Shown: positions 59,139 through 64,000 of the stretch, piece by piece
Layout of the letters: every line of letters starts with the position of its first letter
How positions within the stretch are numbered: the first letter of the stretch is position 1
Assembly (NCBI GenBank): GCA_910578185.1
Contig: CAJTPN010000002.1
Coordinates: 117,158-181,157 of the forward strand
DNA from: an uncultured Acetatifactor sp.
Lineage (GTDB): Bacteria > Bacillota > Clostridia > Lachnospirales > Lachnospiraceae
DNA: 64,000 bases
Reading direction: 5' to 3'
Made by a program: the position numbers and the translations under genes
The notes under the pieces: generated by a model
What the model was told of the DNA's origin: nothing
The model's input: the letters and a program-made list of their open reading frames with translations, nothing else
Databases searched by the model: none

Positions 59139-60062
59139 ATGAAAGTAAAGCGGGATGTAAAAGAAAATTTGGAAAATTCTGAAACCGTAGTTTGGCAGGA
59201 AAAAAAGACGATTAAAAAACGGATTATGGAATATCTGGCGATCACGGTGGGGGCGTTGATATACGCCGTTGCCGTCAGTCAGTTTCTTGATCCCAATTCT
59301 CTGGCGCCTGGCGGCGTCACCGGTATTGCCATCATTTTAAACAGATTGACCGGGTTGGAAACCGGTACATGGACCTTGTTGGTCAACATACCTATTTTGA
59401 TTATTGGTACATGGAAGTTCGGCGTAAAGTTTATCTGTTCCACTCTTTATTTCACGGTGGTCAATTCTTTTGCCATCAATCTGTTATCTGCGCTTGGAGC
59501 AGTCACCAAGGATCCTCTGCTGGCGGCACTTGGCGGAGGCGTTTTGATCGCGTTGGCTTTGGGAATCGTATTTAAGTCCGGAGCGACCTCAGGAGGTACG
59601 GATATTATCGTAAAATTACTGCGTTTGAAATTTCCTCACTTGAGGACAGGTTTTCTTTTCCTGGTGACCGATGCTGCTATTGTGACGATATCTGCATTGG
59701 TATTTCGAAATATAGACACTGCCATGTATGCCGGGCTGGTGGTATTTGTCAACTCTGTTCTGCTGGATGTAGTGCTCTATGGAAGGGACAGTGCAAAGAT
59801 GATATTTATCATCAGTGATCATCATGAGAAAATAACAGATCGAATTCTAAAGGAACTGGACGTGGGTGTCACTTATATCACGGGAAGCGGCGCCTACAGC
59901 GGTAAGGATAAAAAGGTGATATTATGTGTCATGAGAAAGCAGCTTTCTCCTAAGGCAGAAGAAATCGTCCGCCAGGAGGATCCGCTGGCATTTATGATTG
60001 TCGCCAGCGCCATGGAGATTTATGGGGAGGGTTATAAAAATATTTTCAGCCAGAAATTATAA
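59139..60062 (+). CDS. YitT-family membrane protein
   Basis: APGGVTG, NIP, SGGTDI, G.GAY, DPLAF; true start may be further downstream. Confidence 0.92.
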   Translation: MKVKRDVKENLENSETVVWQEKKTIKKRIMEYLAITVGALIYAVAVSQFLDPNSLAPGGVTGIAIILNRLTGLETGTWTLLVNIPILIIGTWKFGVKFICSTLYFTVVNSFAINLLSALGAVTKDPLLAALGGGVLIALALGIVFKSGATSGGTDIIVKLLRLKFPHLRTGFLFLVTDAAIVTISALVFRNIDTAMYAGLVVFVNSVLLDVVLYGRDSAKMIFIISDHHEKITDRILKELDVGVTYITGSGAYSGKDKKVILCVMRKQLSPKAEEIVRQEDPLAFMIVASAMEIYGEGYKNIFSQKL

Positions 60063-60184
60063 GGTATGTATCTAAAGAGCTGTCATTTCCGAGAAGGAAA
60101 CAGCGTTTTCAATAGTGGTTGGCAGTATGCCGCGACAGAATGCAAGTCAGTTAGATTCGTCACTCAGATCCGAAGTGCCGTAAT

Positions 60185-60213
60185 TTGACAAAGGAAAAAG
60201 AAAATAGTATAAT
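60185..60213 (+). promoter_or_regulatory. Consensus sigmaA promoter of the ankyrin gene
   Basis: TTGACA-17 bp-TATAAT. Confidence 0.88.
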
Positions 60214-60326
60214 TTAACAGAAATTGTAAAATGAAACAGAATCGGGGTATTGTATCAAAGACCTGTATTGAAACGGATATGGAGTCGTAAGTTCGGACAC
60301 ACTTTGTTGAGGAGGAAAAACAATTT

Positions 60327-61433
60327 ATGCGCAAGAATAACAGCAAGAATAATCCCTGCAAGCTGCCAGAAAATTTTCTGGCAATTCTCAATTACGGAGA
60401 TTCTGATGCAATAAAAGACGTTTTTAAGACCTGCAGCTTAGATGCCACCTTTGGTCATGATGAACAAAGCGCAATTTTTTATTCATATAGAATGCAGAAA
60501 GAGATTGTACATTGGCTGGTAGAACAGGGAGCCGATATCAATGCGAGAAATAAATGGGGAGAAACGCCCCTTCATGAGATTATAACCCATACCCAATATG
60601 AACTCCATACACAACTCTATACGGTAGATTTACTGATAAGCCTAGGCGCCGATATTCATGCCGTTACACCGCGCGGTGCAACACCTCTTCATTATGCGGC
60701 AGAGTGGGGAGAACTTGCGATCGTTGAAAGATTAATCAATAACCATGCGGATATTTATGCTAAAACGAAAAAAGGTGAAAATCCATTGGAATATATGATG
60801 GTGAACTCCAATAACAGCAGGATCCGTAATATTCTTCCGGTTGCGGAGTACTTTCTTTCGATAGGGGTTCCTGTTACGGATATTGTCATCCGCTCCGTTG
60901 AAAAGCTTGCAAAGAGTTTTACGTTTCACCGCGAAGTGTTCAATCGAAAGCATCTGGAAGAAACAGAGGAAGCCCTGGGGCGTCTGCTTAAACTGTTTGG
61001 TGTTCCGGCGCCGCCTCCCAAGCGTATCTATGATGGAAAGGCAAAAATAATCCCATCTCCTGGAAGCTGGCAGGAGCAGTTTGAAGAACTATATCTATGG
61101 ATACTTACTCCGTCGCTGGTGGTGAGTAAGGAAGGCACCGTACAGGGAGAATTGCTTCGTTTGTCAGGAGGCATTTGCCGCCTTATTCTGGACGGTTTTA
61201 CAACAAGTTACGGGGAATTTAACACAAGGGTTAAGTTTTATTCGTACCTTCGCTATTTACATATGGGAAATTCACTTTCCAGAGAAGAAATTCGGGAGGC
61301 AAAGCTTGTCATAAAGGAAATCATTCATGAGGAGAAAATTGTGCGTCCAGAAAAATTATGCGAATTATCACTTCGCTGGATTCAAAAGAATCCGGACCCA
61401 ATCCCACTTGGAATAACATTTTATAAAGGCTGA
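60327..61433 (+). CDS. Ankyrin-repeat protein with a non-ankyrin C-terminal domain
   Basis: GADINARNKWGETPLH, GADIHA..PRGATPLHYAA, ADIYAK..KGENPL; GAGGAGG RBS. Confidence 0.88.
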   Translation: MRKNNSKNNPCKLPENFLAILNYGDSDAIKDVFKTCSLDATFGHDEQSAIFYSYRMQKEIVHWLVEQGADINARNKWGETPLHEIITHTQYELHTQLYTVDLLISLGADIHAVTPRGATPLHYAAEWGELAIVERLINNHADIYAKTKKGENPLEYMMVNSNNSRIRNILPVAEYFLSIGVPVTDIVIRSVEKLAKSFTFHREVFNRKHLEETEEALGRLLKLFGVPAPPPKRIYDGKAKIIPSPGSWQEQFEELYLWILTPSLVVSKEGTVQGELLRLSGGICRLILDGFTTSYGEFNTRVKFYSYLRYLHMGNSLSREEIREAKLVIKEIIHEEKIVRPEKLCELSLRWIQKNPDPIPLGITFYKG

Positions 61434-61520
61434 CGGGCTTGGCGTAGGGCTTCCTATGTTAACGTATCCATAACTCTGTAGGATCGGCACTTGGATGTTG
61501 AAACTACACGAACAAAGGGC

Positions 61521-61565
61521 TGTAAAGAAAAAATACTTGACACCGCTGGTTTTCTGTAGTAAGAT
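61521..61565 (+). promoter_or_regulatory. ylxM-ffh promoter with an inverted repeat over the -35
   Basis: TGTAAAG-N8-CTTGACA; TTGACA (61537)-17 bp-TAAGAT. Confidence 0.7.
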
Positions 61566-61584
61566 ACGGAAGGCTGGTAAAATT

Positions 61585-61965
61585 ATGGATAAGATTTATG
61601 AACAGACAATGTTATTTGACTTTTATGGGGAATTGCTGACAGAGCATCAGCGGTGTATTTACGCTGATGCGGTATATAACGATCTCTCTCTTGGAGAGAT
61701 CGCTGAAGAGTATGGTATCACCAGACAGGGCGTGCATGACCTGATCAGACGCTGCGACAGGATTCTGCGGGGATATGAGGACAGGCTTCATCTGGTGGAA
61801 AGGTTTGCCAAAGCCAAGAAGACTTTGGAGGAGATCGAGCAGCTGACGATTTTGCCGGAGAATACAAATGCGCTTCCGGCCGGGGAGAAGCTTGACAGTG
61901 AGGGAATTCGGTCTCGGCTGTCGGCTATCCGGGAGCTCTCCCATACTTTAAGGAATGAATTATAA
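61585..61965 (+). CDS. ylxM: YlxM (UPF0122) protein
   Basis: LFDFYGELLTEHQ, DLSLGEIA, TRQGVHD; precedes ffh. Confidence 0.93.
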   Translation: MDKIYEQTMLFDFYGELLTEHQRCIYADAVYNDLSLGEIAEEYGITRQGVHDLIRRCDRILRGYEDRLHLVERFAKAKKTLEEIEQLTILPENTNALPAGEKLDSEGIRSRLSAIRELSHTLRNEL

Positions 61966-62017
61966 AAAATATATTTGACCGTGAAGTTCTGCTTCACGTT
62001 GATGTAAGGAGACGCAG

Positions 62018-63388
62018 GTGGCATTTGAAAGCTTAACGGATAAACTGCAGAACGTATTTAAAAATTTGAGAAGTAAGGGCCGTTTGACGGAAGATGATGT
62101 GAAGTCTGCCCTGAAGGAAGTGAAAATGGCACTTCTGGAGGCCGATGTAAACTTTAAAGTGGTCAAACAGTTTGTGAAAGCGGTGGAGGAGAGGGCAATC
62201 GGCCAGGACGTGATGAACGGGCTGAATCCGGGCCAGATGGTGATCAAGATCGTGAATGAGGAAATGATAGCCCTCATGGGAAGCGAGACCACCGAGATTG
62301 CCATGCAGCCAGGCAAATCCATCACCGTGATTATGATGGCGGGACTTCAAGGCGCCGGAAAAACGACGGCGACGGCAAAGATTGCCGGGAAGCTGAAATT
62401 AAAAGGCAAAAAATCATTGCTGGTAGCCTGTGATGTCTATAGACCCGCTGCGGTGGAACAGCTGCAGATTAACGGCAAAAAGCAGGAAGTAGACGTCTTT
62501 TCCATGGGAACGGATCACAAACCGGTGGAGATCGCCGGGGAAGCGGTTAAATATGCGGAGAAAAACGGACATAATGTGGTGATTCTGGATACGGCAGGAC
62601 GACTTCATGTTGACGAAGAAATGATGGAGGAGCTGCAGGAAATCAAGGAGAAAGTTGCCGTACATCAAACACTTCTGGTGGTGGATGCCATGACCGGACA
62701 GGACGCGGTGAATGTGGCAAAGCTTTTTGATGAAAAAGTAGGCATTGACGGTGTGGTACTCACTAAGATGGACGGAGATACCAGGGGCGGTGCGGCGCTT
62801 TCCATCAAGGCCGTTACCGGTAAACCGATTTTGTATGTGGGTATGGGTGAGAAGCTTTCCGACATGGAACAGTTCCATCCTGACCGGATGGCAAACAGGA
62901 TCCTTGGGATGGGCGATGTGCTTTCTCTGATTGAAAAGGCACAGGAAAGCATTGACATAGATGAAGAAAAAGGCCGCGAAATGGCTGGCCGCATGAAGAA
63001 GGGAAAGTTTGACTTTGAAGACTACCTGGAGAGTATGAAGCAGATGAAGAATATGGGCGGTCTGACCAGCATTTTAAGTATGCTGCCCGGCATGGGGATC
63101 AAAGGGGCCGACATAGAGTCCATGGTGGACGATAAACAGTTAAGGCAGACGGAAGCAATCGTATTGTCCATGACCAGAGAGGAACGGAGGAATCCGAAAA
63201 TTCTCAATCCCCATAGGAAGCACAGGATTGCCAAGGGCGCCGGTGTGGATATTGCGGTGGTAAACCGTTTTATCAAACAGTTTGAGCAAAGCCAGAAAAT
63301 GATGAAGCAGTTTGGCGGAGGCGGTAAAAAGGGCAGAGGAATGTTCGGCGGTTTTCCGGGTATGGGCGGCGGGAAATTTCCCTTTTAA
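62018..63388 (+). CDS. ffh: Signal recognition particle protein
   Basis: [37 protein letters not shown], Met-rich M domain. Confidence 0.98.
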   Translation: MAFESLTDKLQNVFKNLRSKGRLTEDDVKSALKEVKMALLEADVNFKVVKQFVKAVEERAIGQDVMNGLNPGQMVIKIVNEEMIALMGSETTEIAMQPGKSITVIMMAGLQGAGKTTATAKIAGKLKLKGKKSLLVACDVYRPAAVEQLQINGKKQEVDVFSMGTDHKPVEIAGEAVKYAEKNGHNVVILDTAGRLHVDEEMMEELQEIKEKVAVHQTLLVVDAMTGQDAVNVAKLFDEKVGIDGVVLTKMDGDTRGGAALSIKAVTGKPILYVGMGEKLSDMEQFHPDRMANRILGMGDVLSLIEKAQESIDIDEEKGREMAGRMKKGKFDFEDYLESMKQMKNMGGLTSILSMLPGMGIKGADIESMVDDKQLRQTEAIVLSMTREERRNPKILNPHRKHRIAKGAGVDIAVVNRFIKQFEQSQKMMKQFGGGGKKGRGMFGGFPGMGGGKFPF

Positions 63389-63482
63389 TCAGTGTGACGG
63401 AAGAGGACATGGTCCTTTCCTATATAAAAGACAAAATTTATTGAATCACAAAAGCCGTAGATCGGCAGAAAGAGGTAACGAA

Positions 63483-63728
63483 ATGGCAGTAAAGATCAGA
63501 TTGAGAAGAATGGGACAGAAGAAGGCTCCTTTTTATAGAATCATTGTAGCTGATTCCCGTTCTCCCAGAGATGGAAAATTTATTGAGGAAATCGGAACTT
63601 ATGATCCTACCACGGATCCCAGCACCTTTAAAATCAATGAAGAATTGGCTAAGAAATGGCTGGCAAACGGCGCACAGCCCACGGAAGTGGTTGGCAGACT
63701 TTTTAAGGCGGCCGGCATTGCAAAATAA
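63483..63728 (+). CDS. rpsP: 30S ribosomal protein S16
   Basis: [27 protein letters not shown]. Confidence 0.98.
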   Translation: MAVKIRLRRMGQKKAPFYRIIVADSRSPRDGKFIEEIGTYDPTTDPSTFKINEELAKKWLANGAQPTEVVGRLFKAAGIAK

Positions 63729-63752
63729 ATTCTGATTCTTTGGAGGTGGCTT

Positions 63753-63980
63753 ATGAAGGAACTAGTGGAAGTAATCGCGAAAGCGCTTGTGGACAATCCG
63801 GACGAGGTTGTCGTAACTGAAAAAACAGAGGGAAAGGGCATAATCCTTGAACTTCATGTAGCTGCGTCCGATATGGGTAAGGTTATCGGTAAACAAGGCA
63901 GGATTGCGAAGGCGATTCGCTCAGTGGTGAAAGCAGCATCATCCAAAGACAAAATAAATGTGGATGTGGAGATCGTTTAA
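63753..63980 (+). CDS. khpA: KH-domain RNA-binding protein
   Basis: LVDNP, DMGKVIGKQGRIAKAIR. Confidence 0.95.
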   Translation: MKELVEVIAKALVDNPDEVVVTEKTEGKGIILELHVAASDMGKVIGKQGRIAKAIRSVVKAASSKDKINVDVEIV

Positions 63981-63985
63981 AAGGT

Positions 63986-64000
63986 ATGGAGGAATATTTT
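63986..64000 (+). CDS. rimM: Probable start of ribosome maturation factor RimM (truncated)
   Basis: ATG with only five codons visible (MEEYF); called from rpsP-khpA-rimM synteny. Confidence 0.5.

Noticed and set aside
1..64000. CRISPR arrays, tRNA/rRNA, IS elements, prophage, parS or dif sites
   Set aside because: None seen by eye: no regularly spaced repeats, cloverleaf sequences, transposase or integrase motifs, or consensus matches

Overview
Mostly core chromosome of a spore-forming Clostridia bacterium, probably Lachnospiraceae (inferred from gene content and order). Almost every gene is on the + strand; only ylbJ and tmcAL are on the - strand. The backbone is the clostridial block rsmD-coaD-coiled-coil gene-ylbJ / tmcAL-pta-ackA-DUF177-rpmF-plsX-acpP-rnc-smc-ftsY-ylxM-ffh-rpsP-khpA-rimM, preceded by a topoisomerase IV-like pair. 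It is split by about 34 kb carrying RNA-modification genes, recU, a partial his operon, a YtrA-type GntR/ABC operon, a 1208-aa subtilase with InlB-B-like repeats, an OmpR/HAMP two-component operon, an alanine symporter, metY, polA-coaE, an FtsA-like ATPase with beta-grasp-like repeats, an MBL hydrolase and ACT/UPF0210 genes. Two smaller insertions are C39-like peptidase/XRE regulator/ABC exporter and threonine deaminase/YitT/ankyrin. I found no rRNA, tRNA, CRISPR array, transposase or integrase. No new system can be proven by eye. The best leads are: the FtsA-like beta-grasp-repeat ATPase coupled to an MBL hydrolase; the subtilase-adhesin with a long structured leader; a shared direct-repeat promoter linking the two-component operon to the distant C39-like gene; a candidate structured RNA at 31.06-31.22 kb; and a degenerate HisF/HisA-like domain fused to HisIE. 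All family assignments come from motif recognition, not database searches.
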